Assembly (NCBI GenBank): GCA_964016885.1
Contig: OZ024740.1
Span: 95,356,001-95,420,000, forward strand
From: Eledone cirrhosa
Lineage: Eukaryota
Direction of reading: 5' to 3'
DNA: 64,000 bases
Shown here: piece after piece, positions 1 through 13,538 of the stretch
How the letters are laid out: each line of letters begins with the position of its first letter
Numbering within the stretch: position 1 is the first letter of the stretch
Translations under genes and position numbers: made by a program
The notes under the pieces: model-generated
The model's database searches: none
What the model was told of the DNA's origin: nothing
What the model saw: only the letters and a program-made list of their open reading frames with translations

Positions 1-1001
1 AAAAATGAAACAATATATGAGAAAGAAAAAAATTGTGTTTAAATCAAAGAGAAAGTAAGAGAGCGGGGTTACCAATTATAAATTAACACTAGAGAAATAG
101 AAAACAAACATAGGTTCGCACATACGCACATATACATATAAAAACAATATATATATGAATACGTATAGGCAAAAGCGCATGCATACGTACATACATACTC
201 ACGAAGCACACACATATATATATATATCGGCACGCGTATATCTAAGCACACGTACGTACGTGACTATATATATACATATATGTATGTGTGCATACACACA
301 CATACATATATATATATACATATACACATATATACACATATTTATACACATACATTCACCTACATACACCCACTCGTATAAATCTAGATATAAAAACACA
401 CATACTCACACATATAGACACACACGCGCACACATACGGAGGCGCATGCACGCTCACACGCATAGATACAAATTATAAACCAGCCATATGAAAAAAAGAA
501 ATACAAATATATATATATATGTATATATCAGTGTCTTTTGTAAACTAAAAGCTGATGCTTTGAATAATATGATCACATAATTCATAACTTGCTAGCTTGT
601 TTGGATTCTGTATGTGCAGTATATTTATTTATATTTAAAAAAATCTGTATGACAATTAAATTCCTGCAATTAGTGCAATACGTCGAACATGAATAATTGT
701 ATTAATTCCACTTTTAGACGTTGTTCTATACTCTAACTTCTTTTGGTCTCTGGAGATACTCTCATTCAATTTAATTAATATTACCCCAGGGATTGTACCT
801 CGGATAATTTATTGTATAAACATATTGACCTTTAAATACCCTTGTCGTATCATACTAAATAAGTTTCTCAAATAGTTGAATGTTGTTATATATATATATA
901 TATATATATATATACTATTTGAGAAAGTTTGTTAGTATGATATGACAAGAGGATTTAAAGGTCAATATGTTTGGACTGGTGTAATTCCTTAAAGGTTTAT
1001 T

Positions 1002-1059
1002 ATACTATGAATATATCAATGACCGGGTTCAGTATAAATCCGGTGACATCATCACGTAT
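1002..1059 (-). ncRNA. Degenerate type I hammerhead ribozyme
   Basis: Minus strand reads atac-GTGATGA-tgtcaccgg..ccggtca-tt-GATA-tattc-ATA-gtat. Stems I, II and III are correctly placed. Two core positions are mutated (CTGATGA>GTGATGA, GAAA>GATA). Confidence 0.55.
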
Positions 1060-1596
1060 TCGAACTTTAACAAAGGAATGTAATCCAATGGGCTGAAAAG
1101 GCAGAGAGACAAGAAGGCGGCAACACATTTAGCAGTTTCTAGTTCGGTCGGCCACCTTCAAGTGAAGACTGCCAATTTATCTTATGTCTTTTCAAGGGGT
1201 GTAAGTTTTAAGTGTACTACTACCACCCCGTCACGGACAGAGGATAGTGGTGGGATCAGGTTACATTGAAGTTAGTCAGAAGTGCTAAAAAGTGCTAAGA
1301 AATATATTTTTTCCAAAACCATATATCTTCAACAAAACTATATAGAATGGATGCCTCCACAGTACATTTTTCATTGTAGGGTCAGAAATTACGATTAACG
1401 ATTAGAAATATGAAATGTATGTTTAGAATTAAAAGATGTCATTTAAGATGAGATTAGAAAAGTAAGATTTGGGTTTAAATTTGGGAGATTTAGTTAAATA
1501 ATTTACAGAAGGAGGCGTTTATGAAAAGGTTAAATGTATTATTGATAATAACGATAAAGTTTCCGGGTAGAATATAAAGTTAAGACTAAGCCCCTC

Positions 1597-2124
1597 TTTG
1601 GCGGTCAGTAACCAGCGACGTCACAGGCTCCCAGCCCACCCGGGGCCCAATGGCGTGTCAACCGTTCCGAGTATTTTCGTCTACCGAAAGAAAGGGAAAA
1701 TTATTTTTTCCGAGCACTCCAGGAATGTTAACTGTCTGAAGCGCCGAGGGCGCTAGCGGGAAACCCGCCACCGTCGGCTGATCATCGTGTACACCAAACG
1801 ATTCTTAGTTATTCACACTGGTGGGTAATTTAGTGAAAGGGCTAGTACATGGAGGCATGGTCAATTTTGAATTTATGATTAAGCCTAGAATTTAAAACTA
1901 CTGTTTGGCGGTCAATAACCGGTGGCACGGTGGATTCCAAGCCCTCCCAGGGCGCAAGGGTGTAACAGCCATTCCGAGTAATTTCGTTTACCGAAAGAAG
2001 GGGAAATTTATTTTTCCAAGCACTCTAGGAAGGCTGATCAACTCGAGCGCCTGGCGTGCAATCGGGAAAGTAGCCACATCAGTCGGATCATCGCGTGCAC
2101 CAAACGATTATTAGTTATTCACAC
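1597..2124 (-). repeat. Two diverged ~220-nt direct repeats (1597-1818, 1904-2124) forming a conserved multibranch RNA structure
   Basis: Shared blocks TTTGGCGGTCA, TTCCGAGTA, TTTCGTYTACCGAAAGAA, GCACTC and CACCAAACGATT-TTAGTTATTCACAC. The intervening stems differ in sequence but still pair. Confidence 0.8.
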
Positions 2125-3126
2125 CCGTGATGTGAAGTTTAAAAGTGGCAAAATCTGAAGAAATGGGTAAGAATACTATAATTAGTCCCCAGTTATCCCG
2201 GGTTATATATAGTGTGATTCCTGAGCGGGTATGGGGAGTGATTACATATAAACAGATATAAAGTGTACAGAGAATGATATTCTAGGGTCGTGTGCTAATT
2301 TTAGGTAACAGATAAGTACAAGGATAAGTATATAAGGAGAATAAAGTGAATAAATACATAAATAAAACATAAATAAAATGCAGTCATACCCAGGGTGGTA
2401 ATTGTGGGAGTAAAAATGGAAGGGAAAAAAATATCGAAGGAATCAAAATACAGAAGAAATAAAATACAGATCAAGGTGTAACAAATAAACAATAGATAAC
2501 ACGGTTGGAGAATACATGGTTATAAATATTGATATAGAGAATGGAAGAGTTGGAGTGGTATCAGACCATAATTAGTATAGGTTCGTGTCTTAATGTTCAA
2601 TGTGAATCCAAAAACCTTGAAATATAGGATAGACAATTCAGTCAATACAATACAGGGTATAATAGAATATGTTGATTTTTTTAAAGAATCTGTGAGGTCT
2701 GACGGTATTTGAGTGTTCCGGACAAGGAAGCAGCAATGCATGGTCCGGGTGGGCGGTAGACATAGCTTAATGCCGCCAAAATCCGAATGGTGTGCAGTTA
2801 GTCCCATATTGGCGACAAATGTACAGTGGAGCCAGGGCCCCTGTTCCTTACTACATCTGGAAGCGCTCGACATTTCCTGGAGGTTTTATACATTTAGGCT
2901 GTTGGTTCACCATTGGATAGAACTGGTCATTCCGTATGGTCAACCTAGATGTAATATTAGGGAGGGCACTCGACGTAATGCAACTTACCCGTCTAAGTTT
3001 AAGTTGTTGGTGGTGCGAGTACGGAATTAATTATTATAAAATAACAGGAGGCTGGACTGGTGTAATTCCTCAAAGGTTTATTAAACTATGAACCCGTTCT
3101 ATCCAGTGGTGAACCAACAAAGCTAA

Positions 3127-3172
<46 letters not shown>

Positions 3173-5594
3173 TCCGTAACAATTCTACTTTTGAAAAGCA
3201 TAGGAATTGTGAAAGGTATAAATATTTTTTCTTAAAAAGACTCCAGTTGCATTTCCATTTTCTTTTCCTGGATTGGTTATCTTGTTTTTTTTTTTCTTAA
3301 AAAAAAAACATCATTCTCTTATACATATATGAGAAGAACAAAACCAATATATATATGCAAAACCTTAATGTGCTGTTTGTTTCGCGATAGTGATTGTAGA
3401 TGATTATGTGTTTTAAATTATCCGAAATTTTTATTTCAACTGGAAAATTGAAAGTGCAGTGACAGATATGATTAGAAGGTTAGACAAATAGATTGCAAGG
3501 AAGCGCCATTTCATGATTGTTCTTTTTATGACTGGCATACCGTTGGGTGGGTCTTTCTAACACGGTGATGAAATGAGATCTAACATTGGTAGTTTTGTGT
3601 GTGCAAATAGAGTGGCTTTTTTTCGTGTGCATATCATTGATGTGGAATGTCAACGTTGTGTGTGTGTTAGAGAGAGAGAGCGAGATTTGTGTATCGTTTC
3701 GTATATAAACCCTTAATGTTTGTTGTTTGTTGTGCATTTTTTGTGAAATTATGTAAGCCTGTTTGTGTTAGTGGGCAGACATTGATGATATCGTTGTGCG
3801 TCTTTGATTGAGTTTATGTGTTTATAAGTGTGTGTTTATTAGTATGTGCATATTAGATTCTTTAAGTGTGTATGTAAATATGCTTGTATGACTGGCACTA
3901 TATGTGCGGGTGTGTGTGTCTATCAAATGAGAATACTGTCAGGCAAACAGAACATATGATCAAAGTATTGTTCAAATATCATTGTTATTTGATTTCCACA
4001 AACAACGAATTATGGTGTAAACATGGAGATATTTTCCACGTGTTAAGTGTCGATGTAATAAAGAATTGATATTAAATGATTAGTCACTGGTAGAATAATG
4101 TTTTGGTATGAAAAAAGAGAGAGATTTCTGTTTTCCTAGTTCAATGTTGTTAGTCATATCACATCTATAATGCACAGTAAAATGTAAAAAACCGTATTTT
4201 GTAATGCTTTTGTAATTATTTTGTAATGCCCAATTTGTCAAACTCAGATTTGTACATAATATGTATCATATGCGCCTACACAGACTGCGATCTTCTTGTG
4301 CAGGTACTATCATGTTATAGATATATCCTAAATATAACTGATAATGAGACACATTTGCGTAATCATTGCCTAATTAATATCTAATATATCTTAATTGTAC
4401 ATTATGGATATTTTATAACATAAACAATTCAATTTGAATACATAAACTTCATTTAATCTTCCTTTTAATATACATATATATTGAAACAAAGAGTACTTCA
4501 TTAATCAATATTTTAAACGGCTACAATCGATATATTTTTTTAAAAACCTTTGATTTGTATGGAAGTTCCAATATATACTCGTTTTATCATCTCAGTAAAT
4601 TTAGTAATTAAATCTGTCCAGAGATTATTTAATTCAATGCTAAACTTTCGTTCTCCTTTTACAGATCTAATATCTTCCACTCACCGTGCTTCACTTGATA
4701 TACTAATTAAGATGTGACTAATGCTTAGTGATGAATGAAATTAGAATGTTAGAATTTTATTTCTTCCATTCACAGCTACCGTGGACTAATTTTATGAGGA
4801 AGGAAAAGAGTTTTAATGAAATGTGTTGATATTTAAGGTAAACTGATGTTTAGTGCATTGTGGAAAAGAGAAATTTCCTTAGTTGTAAAACATCAACAAA
4901 TTAAATTAAAGCACTTAAAATATTATTGACCAAGTGGTTAGAACGTTATTTTCTCTTCCATTACCTAAATGTCACACTCTGCTACTATGGTTAAATTATC
5001 TTTGTGGCATTATACGCGTTCTATTTTTATTATTGCGATATAAATATTACCCTTCGGGAAATGTTCTGTTATTTTGTACATTTATTTCATTTTATTTTAT
5101 TTTTATGTGGAGGCATTTTTGTTGACAGGCGCAATTTCACACTGCTGTTTTATTTACATCAATTCTCAGCAAATTTTCTATGAAATTATTTCGCATTGTG
5201 AGGAAGCAATTAAAACAATTTAAGATTTTCTTTCCCCTATCACATCTCTTGTTATTAATGTCAAATCACTGAGACAGATTTAATTTTTTTAGACAATTAT
5301 GTGCATATAAATTTGATTTATTTTCTTTTCATACATGTGCAAATACTGTCAAAGACTTTCTTTTTTAATTAGTGCTATATGTGAAAATGCCTACATTTAT
5401 TGTTTTGAAAGTCTGTTGTAATGTGTCACCATTTCGAAGTTTTGAAAATAGCATTTGTAGCCAATAACATATTCAGATTTGTACCATCCATCACGCATCA
5501 TTAATATGCTATTTTTAGTGAAAGAGTGTTTTAGAATAGATCATGTTTATTGGACATCTGTTAATATTGCATGTAATATAGTGATTATATTTAA

Positions 5595-8225
5595 TCTCTC
5601 TCTATATAAAATTATTTGTCTCTCTGTCTGTCAGTATGTTCCGAGGCATTCTTCAACGTTTGGACCAAAACAAATCAAATTTTACAACGGTATTAGACCA
5701 AAGGAGTGTCAACATGTATGTTGTATTTTCATTTGGATTAGAACAATATGACATTTTATCTAATATAACCTTTCTATAGTGAACTATAAGAAACGACCAC
5801 GACCGCTACGACGATGAGTCACATTTTGTATATGAGTGTGTATGTGTATGTGTTGGCGAGTCCGTTGCGTACGTTAGACCTCAGAGAATTAAACTTACAC
5901 ATACATATACGCATTATCTTCCCACGCCACACACATAGTAATATGTCTGTGTGTTTATGTTTTAGTATATTTATGTGAGAGTGTATGTTCATGTGAAAGT
6001 GTATGTTTGAGTGAGTGTATGTGTGATTTTTCTCATTTTTAACGTCAAGCCTCAGAGAATTAAGCGTACACATTCATCTACACATACAGATACATATGTG
6101 ATGACAGCCAGTTGTGCGTGAATGTCTGTCTGTCTGTGTATGTCTTAGTATATGTATTTGAGTCTATGTGAGAGTGTATGTGTGTGCAAGCAAGTGTGTG
6201 TGTTTGTGTGAGTATATGTGTGTGGAAGTGTATTTTCATTTGGAAAACACAACGATGTCTCCTTTTGTATATGAATATGTATGTGTCTGTGAGTGTGTAT
6301 GTGTGCACATTTATTACATACTTTATTAAATACACACACACGTCTACACATTTGTCGCGATCGACTAAAAATGAGGTGAAAAGTTATGCCTGTCTCTGCG
6401 TGAATATATGTATGTATGTGTCTTACATCAAAACCCTTAAGAATAATAATTCATCAGGTATGGGTGGCGTTTCTGCTGAAATGCTGAAGACAGGAGGCGA
6501 AAGCATGGTTAAGTGGACGGGACACCTGTGTAATCTTGTGTGGAACACGGGTGAAGTCCGAGAAGACTAAAGAAACGGAGCGGTTGCCTGTATCCCCAAG
6601 AAGGGCAACCTTGACTATTGTGACAACTGGAAGGGAATGACACTTCTCTCCATACCAGGGAAGGTCTATTGTCTAGTGATCCTGAACCGCATGCGTGGCA
6701 TGGTAGACCGGGAACTGTGAGAACAACAGGCAGGGTTCCGACCAAAACGTTCCTATGCAGAGCAGATATTTCCGCTACGCCGCATCATTGAGAGGTACAA
6801 CGAATTCTAGAGGCCCTTCGCCATCAGCTTCATCGATTTGTCCAAAGCTTTCGATAGCATTCATCAACGTTGCTCTGGAGCATCATGCATGAGTATGATC
6901 TGCCCCAGAAAGTCATTTCGGCAATCAAACATACTTACGCAAACTCCAAGTGGTGCTTATGGACAAAGGATGGTTACAGAGACTGGTTTGAGGTGGTTAC
7001 TTGCGTGCGTCAAGGTTGCTCGCTCTCTCCAATTCTCATTGCCATAGCCATTGACTGGGTACTAAGAAGAGCGTCTAAAGACCAGGGTATATCTTGGGTG
7101 GGAGAGCAAATGTTGTCTGACCTGGACTTTGCGGACTATATTGCTGCACTTGCAGAGGGCACAGCTGACCTGCAAATCATTGTGAACAATATCAATGTCG
7201 AAGCAGGAAGCTTAGGTCTCAATATCAGTGCCAGGAAGACCAAAAGCCTGTTATCTGGGACACAGCCACCACCAACCATTGTCTTCATTGAAAAGGGGGA
7301 AGAGGAGATAGTGGACAACTTCACCTACCTAGGAAGCTCCATAACAATGAGGGCATCATCGACAGTGAACTGCAATGTAGAATGGGAAAGGCTTCAGCAG
7401 CATTTAACCAGCTTCACAAGACCTGGAAGAGCAGGAAGTTCGCCCTCAAAACAAAGATGAGATTCTACAACAGCAACGTGCTGTCCACACTCTTGTACAG
7501 AACTGAAACAAGGCACCTTAAGACCAGCCAAGGGAAGAAGTTGGACGCATTCGATTCCAGTTGTCTGAGAAAGATCCTGCGGATTAAATGGAGTGACCAT
7601 GTAACAAACCAGGAAGTGAGGAATCGGACCAACCAACAGCTAGTCTCTTCTACCATCTGCAAGCAACGCCTGGGCTGGTTTGGATACGTTTCGAGACTCC
7701 CCTTGGAGAGACTGGCGAACCAAGTACTTAAATGGAGTCCGCAGGGAAGCAGACGGTGAGGCCGACCCAAAATGAACTGGCGCCAGACAGTTGAGAGAGA
7801 CCTGCGAGCGACAAACAGACAATGGCGGGACACTGTGCAACTGGCTGCTGAACGAACGCGATGGAACACTATGATTGCCGCATGTGTCGCAAGGCGCGGG
7901 AGTTTCTGAGTCTGAGAGTGCCTGCGTGAATATATGTCTGTGTGTGCCTCAGAGTGTATGTATGTGAGTGTGTAGCAACAATTTATTCATTTGGACACCA
8001 ACAAAATATTATATAACGAATATTGTTTACCCCAAGATAAACAATATTCAAGATTGACAGATTTTCATTCTAAATTCTATTAACATTACAATTTTGATAT
8101 TTTAAAAATACAATATAGATATTCAGAAATAATTATGAGAAAAAAAACTCATATCTTGGTTTTTATTGTTTATTAATCTGAATAAGAACAGCAGTAATCC
8201 CGGCAACGCGGAGTAATTCAGTTAG
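5595..8225 (+). mobile_element. Probable non-autonomous Helitron, interrupted by an RTE LINE
   Basis: 5' end TCTCTCTCTATATAAAA..TGTCTGTC. 3' end has GC-rich hairpin-like CCCGGCAACGCGGAG followed by AGTTAG (degenerate CTAG). Internal GT-rich subrepeats. Confidence 0.5.
6430..7915 (+). mobile_element. 5'-truncated, frameshifted RTE-clade LINE (RT to C-terminus)
   Basis: Motifs SAEMLK, TLLSIPGKVY, EQQAGFR, FIDLSKAFDSI, VRQGCSLSP, LDFADY, FTYLGS, RLGWFGYVSR and GRPK. TCTGAG-repeat tail. Possible degenerate TSD CTGCGTGAATATATGT at 6396 and 7922. Confidence 0.9.
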
Positions 8226-8317
8226 CATGCTACATAATACAATTTTTGATTTACAGTATATATATCTGTAATTGGTAAACAATGAGACAATGTTCACCCT
8301 TTTGACCTGTAATCAAA

Positions 8318-8497
8318 ATAATTGTTTCTACATTTGGCACAAGGCCAGAAATTATCCAGTACATTACTGGTACTTTAGTTTATCGACCCCGTAAGGATGA
8401 AAGGCAAAGTTAACATCGACGGGATTTGAACTCAGACCGTAAAGGGACGTAACTATGCTGGAAAGCATGGCGTCCGACTCTCTACCGATACTGCCAA
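8318..8497 (-). mobile_element. tRNA-derived SINE (cephalopod type)
   Basis: Minus strand has B box GAGTTCAAATCC followed by CTTTGCCTTTCATCCTTACGGGGTCGATAAA..GTACCAGT. Same family as 44237-44425. Confidence 0.85.
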
Positions 8498-11179
8498 ACA
8501 AAATAATGTATGTAAATGTATCACCATGTTGTCAGTCTTAATTTTACACTTTTAATAACCAAAGATAATAGTGTTTTTTAAAGAGATACATGTTGTGGTC
8601 ATACCGTCTGATAAAACCAAGATTCTATACACTTAATGTGGAATTCCATTCTAAGGAATTATTTTCTGATTACGCATTTATTCATTTGCTATGTAAAACA
8701 TAGGTTGAAAATTATTATTTTAATAACTAGAATTATTTAAATAACGATCTATATCTTAACGCATTTCAAAAATGTATCAGTGAAAACATTAAAATAATAA
8801 AGATTCCGTGGCCTCATTTAAATATTACTTTATTTCAACTTTCCCTAAAATTATCATGTGGTTGTTGTTGCTAACTTTTACCTTCAGCATTAAACTTGCT
8901 GCTGTTTAGATATCCTGCTATTTAGATGATGAATATTTATTCATTGGTTTTCCAAATTTAATTAGCTGGAATATTCAGTACTGTTGATGAAGTTGTAAAT
9001 AGCTTACTATTCTAAGATTCATGTAAAATTATACTGATATAAATACCTAAACATAGGCCATGGAATATTTTCAATAAAATCGAATATTGTTACGAAACTC
9101 CCATGCTCTCACATCTACATGAAACTAAGTAAACTATTCTAAACTAAGTTCTATATCGTTGCATGTGTTGCTATAATAGGCAGATTAACTACGAAATGAT
9201 AAATAAATACAAAACCATGTACGAAGGAAAACAATTGCGTTGATCTGAAAAGAGATTATACAGACAGAAATAAATATCGGTATGTTTATATACATATCTG
9301 TGCATATACATAAAATCAGAATAGAGACTTTTTTTGCAATTTGTATAAGTAAGCAGATGCAATTATTTGAAGGCGAAACATTAGATTACTTAATGGTTAG
9401 TTCGGAAAGACGTCTGAGACACCCTGAGTGTTGAGGGACGCAATTGAATTTTCGTGGGAAGGGCTGATTTATATTCAAACCAGAGGACTGCTCCGGTAAT
9501 TTTTAAATAACTATACACTATCAAAATCACCAAATTATAAGGTGATGATGAGATATTCCAGGAAGATATTCGTCTGCTACTGAATTATATAACAGTGCCA
9601 TTTGATTTCAAAAGAAAAAATACAGAACGTCTACTGAAATTCATCTAAACGATAGGTCACATGTTTTTCCAGCAAAATTAACTGAAATTTAAATTGGGTC
9701 TATCTGTAGTTTGAACCGCTTTGGACGTTCTAATGTTTCTGATAATTCGTCAAATTTAATAAAGCGATTCTCTATTACGCATTGACCATCAATTTAACTT
9801 ACCTATAACTATTTGTTCATACAGGTATCGTTGATTTAGAGTTGTGCTATTATTAATAATAAGTGTATTTACATAATGTAATTTTATATGTAAGTAAATA
9901 TACATTTTTCGTTTTCATAATATTGAATTTCTGAACGTAATTTCTCTCATGTCTTATGTCTTCAGAATTATAATTCCCTGTATTATTTAACACCAATTAC
10001 GCAAAACAGAGTTATTCACATCCTATGACATATCTAACCTCATATTTGGAGGTTGAGTCAAAGACAACTTTAAATTATATGACATATTTCGTATGTTACT
10101 TCGTGTAAAACATAAATTGAAAGTAGATCATATGTTTATAAGCGATATTAATATCAAATTAAACAACTAAACCATGATAAAACTAGGTCTATAAATGGAC
10201 ACTGATTCATATATCTGTGTGTGTGTGAGTTTGTGTATGAATGTGTATGTTTGTGTGTGTGTATGATGTTTCAGGAAAATAACCCATTTAATAGTATGTA
10301 AGTATTATGAGTGCATAGCTCGACATACCTGGCTACTGGAAAACTAATTCCTTCCCATTGTGACAGTACTTCTTATTCATTTCTTTAATGCAAAGCACGA
10401 GGTTCGTTCCGTCATAAGTAAATCACGTGCCTTAATTCAAATAGGCAATGAAAGAAAGATTTCGAAATTTAGAGACCGGAGTATTTAAGATCTGCAATTA
10501 TTCGCAACAATCCAGCAGCGTTTTTCACAAATCGCCAGAGAGAGTTTCGAGTCAATGATCTTGATTGACGCTGGTTTCTATCACGGTTACCTGTCCAAAT
10601 TATCGTTGGAAAGAGAGATATGTTACGAAAAAAGTGTGTGGCAACTGAGATATAAGATCTGATCCCGAATTGCTTGACATCAAATTTATTCGATTTTGAA
10701 AATCGATTATTTGCCATACGTTTTGGGTGCTAAACTAGCAGAGACTAGTTTCATCTGTCGACAATGTACTACAAATGCAATTTCCTAATGTTGAAATTGC
10801 GGAACAATGAATATGGGATTTATTTTTAAAAGCACATAGCAACAGAAAGATGTGAGTAAAGCATCTGATGCTCAGGATCAAGCATTAGCAACCAACTGGT
10901 GTGTTCGCCAAAGAAATAGACAAGTATCTCCTATGTACAGATTTTCCAATGATAGGAACAAACAATATCAATTTTTTCTTGTGAATGTTTAAAATATTCC
11001 CCAAATGAATACATTCTATTGCAGCAAAAATACTTCAATGCAAATTGTGTGAGAAATGGGAATTTGAAAGAGGAAAATGCGGATATGTTGATAAGCCACA
11101 AAGCATCACAGAATTAGAAATGTTCAAAATTAAAATAGAATAAACCAGACACGAATATGTTGAGAGGGTTTAGAATAAT

Positions 11180-12600
11180 TCCATATTTGAAAGGTAACAT
11201 TCTGTAGTATAATGTCCCGAATTCTGACCAAAACAAGGAGTTCTGAAATAGGATATGGTGAAACCATATGATGCATAGAACTTGTGAATGGATAGTGAAT
11301 GGATAGAAATCCTCAAGGAAGAATTCTGAGGAGTAAATAGAATGAGAGATATTACCATGAGCACAGGTGATGTGAAGGAGGAATTGGCCTAGGTAGCAAA
11401 CTGAGAAGCACCCGGTCATGATTTGATCAATGGATCTCGGTTAAAGAAATGCAATGCGCTGTGTGAAGCACTGGTAACTCTATGGAATGATGCGTCCACA
11501 AATACGCAGTTGCTTCTAGGAAGTTAACTGAAAGTACAACATAATAAACTATAGAGGTGATCTATAGTTGTGGGAATCTACCATCCTATTGAATGTCTTA
11601 ATATAGTATAGTACGTGCTGACTTGAATATTTGCGGAGAGGTGTACACTTTTATTTTACAGGGAGGACCATTGTCAAAGACCAGAAAGGATGTAGGAGAA
11701 AATCTCAGAGCACCAGAAGTCCCATGGCGATCATTCAGACAATGCTGCCCTTATAACTATAAAAATCTGATTTGTAAATTTAAAATGGGTTACCAATGTA
11801 GAAGCAAAGGACCATTCATGGACGATCGTCTGTTAATGGATGACCTGAATATGTTTCGGAAGTCTGAAGAACATATAAAGCATGTTAAAACTGTCCAGAT
11901 ACGTAACTGTGACGTCGGAATGAATTTTGGGATCTCCGAATTTTCTGTGCTCAATATTAGATACATGTCATGCGTCCATTCATTCATTGATTGAAGTCGA
12001 AATACAAATGAATGGAAATACGAGAATTTTAACAGCATTGAACAGGGCGTTACTCCGCAAATCAAATATAATGAGATTGTACCTGATGACGGTGCTAGAT
12101 GTCTCAACAGTAGTGATTATTGTATAAGGAATGAAAGGAAAACGTGTGCATGGTATTCGGTGGAGACTAACGATAAACTGTTGTAATATGCAGCAGAAAA
12201 TATGGGTATAAATGTTGATAAAATGGTTGGGATGGACAATTTTACCAGACAATTTGAAGAGGACTGAAACGACCTTCAGACAATGAGAATGCTTGGACAG
12301 TTTGAAAGAATTACATAAGATATTAAGCATAAAGCAACATCATTTACATGACTTAATGAAGGCGACTTTAAGCGTAACACTAAAACCCGTACACTTGCAG
12401 TAAATGATAGCCTTGCTACCAATTCGGTGACATCGATAAAACTTCTGACACCTAGAAATGCAGTCTATCTTAAACGAGTATGGGGAATATAACCCTCTTG
12501 GTAAGTTCATGTTGGAGTCTTAAGCAAGATCTAATACAAGCGTCATCCTGGCAAAGACTGTGTCTACCTTTGTTATGTCATAAATACCAATACGAAGAAA
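11180..12600 (+). mobile_element. Highly decayed R4/Dong-like non-LTR retrotransposon RT remnant
   Basis: PGHD.ING..LKK (11411+), LLMDDLNMFRKSE...DVGMNFG (ORF 11623-11994) and LGQFER. Many stops and frameshifts. Confidence 0.6.
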
Positions 12601-13373
12601 CAGACAATTATTATTAACATGGTCCTTGTAAATTAATACAGGGAGATTGGAAATCAATGGTATTCATATACATTATGGAACTATATCAGTTCCTTGTGAC
12701 TTGGCATATAATTAAATACGTCAGTCAATTTACACTGTGTGACAATAATTCAATTTCTTGACGACAAGGTAGAATACATATTTTTCTGTGAGCACAAGGC
12801 TAAACAGCTATCCACAGACTTTACCTGACTGAGATGTCATTGATATTAGACACGTATTAAAGTTTGCAAGTATCACAATCTGGTTACAATGTATATACCA
12901 GGTAATGTGTTGTTATGAAGTAAATGTATATAATGTCATCTCACTATATATATTCTCAACAATTTATAACCAATCTTCAGTAAAAATATGATTTACATTT
13001 GTGCATCAAATGTTTCAATCCAATGTCATTACCCTCACGTGTTGTTAAAACTTTAAGCTCTGGTGTTGCAGTTGACTTCTCGATTTACAACATTGATATA
13101 TCGGTTAATTTATACACGTCAAAAATAGTTGTTGGCTTCCAAACATTAAACGGTCAATATTGGAAATTATGACTATAATATGTGCATTTTGGACATACTT
13201 CTAATCCTCATCTCTATTTTCTATGACATCCGTATCAGTAACTTGTGCTGTATAACATTACAATTTAACACAACTTTGATTTAGATGTTAAGTTGTGAAT
13301 TCGACTTTCTGCTTGCTTCCCTACTGAGATAAACGTATATATCAATACGCCTCTCAACTTATCTCTCCACTTG

Positions 13374-13396
13374 CTCTCTCTCTCTCTATCTCTCTC

Positions 13397-13476
<80 letters not shown>

Positions 13477-13479
13477 TCT

Positions 13480-13535
<56 letters not shown>
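13374..13535. repeat. (CT)n(TA)n microsatellite
   Basis: Direct reading. Confidence 0.98.

Positions 13536-13538
<3 letters not shown>

Larger units (their letters stand above)
972..3132 (-). mobile_element. Non-coding PLE-associated (retrozyme-like) element with terminal direct repeat and short 5' inversion
   Basis: TGGACTGGTGTAATTCCT(T/C)AAAGGTTTATTA(T/A)ACTATGAA occurs at 972-1011 and 3053-3092. 3088-3132 is an inverted copy of ~2887-2930. (TA)n tracts flank it. A degenerate HHR and AATAAA lie near the minus-strand 3' end. No credible ORF. Confidence 0.65.

Noticed and set aside
69-491. ORFs rich in Y/I/H/T/C/V here and at 13-15k, 19-20k, 28k, 31k, 37k and 61-62k
   Set aside because: These are translations of TA/CA microsatellites, not genes.
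1125-1170. Second HHR-like string on the minus strand (TTGAAGG..GAAAC)
   Set aside because: No convincing stem I, stem III or cleavage triplet.
1597-1818. The structured repeat as a SECIS, C/D snoRNA, U3 or 7SL
   Set aside because: No SECIS apical A-loop geometry, imperfect boxes (RCGATGA, TTGA in copy 2) and no diagnostic U3 or SRP motifs.
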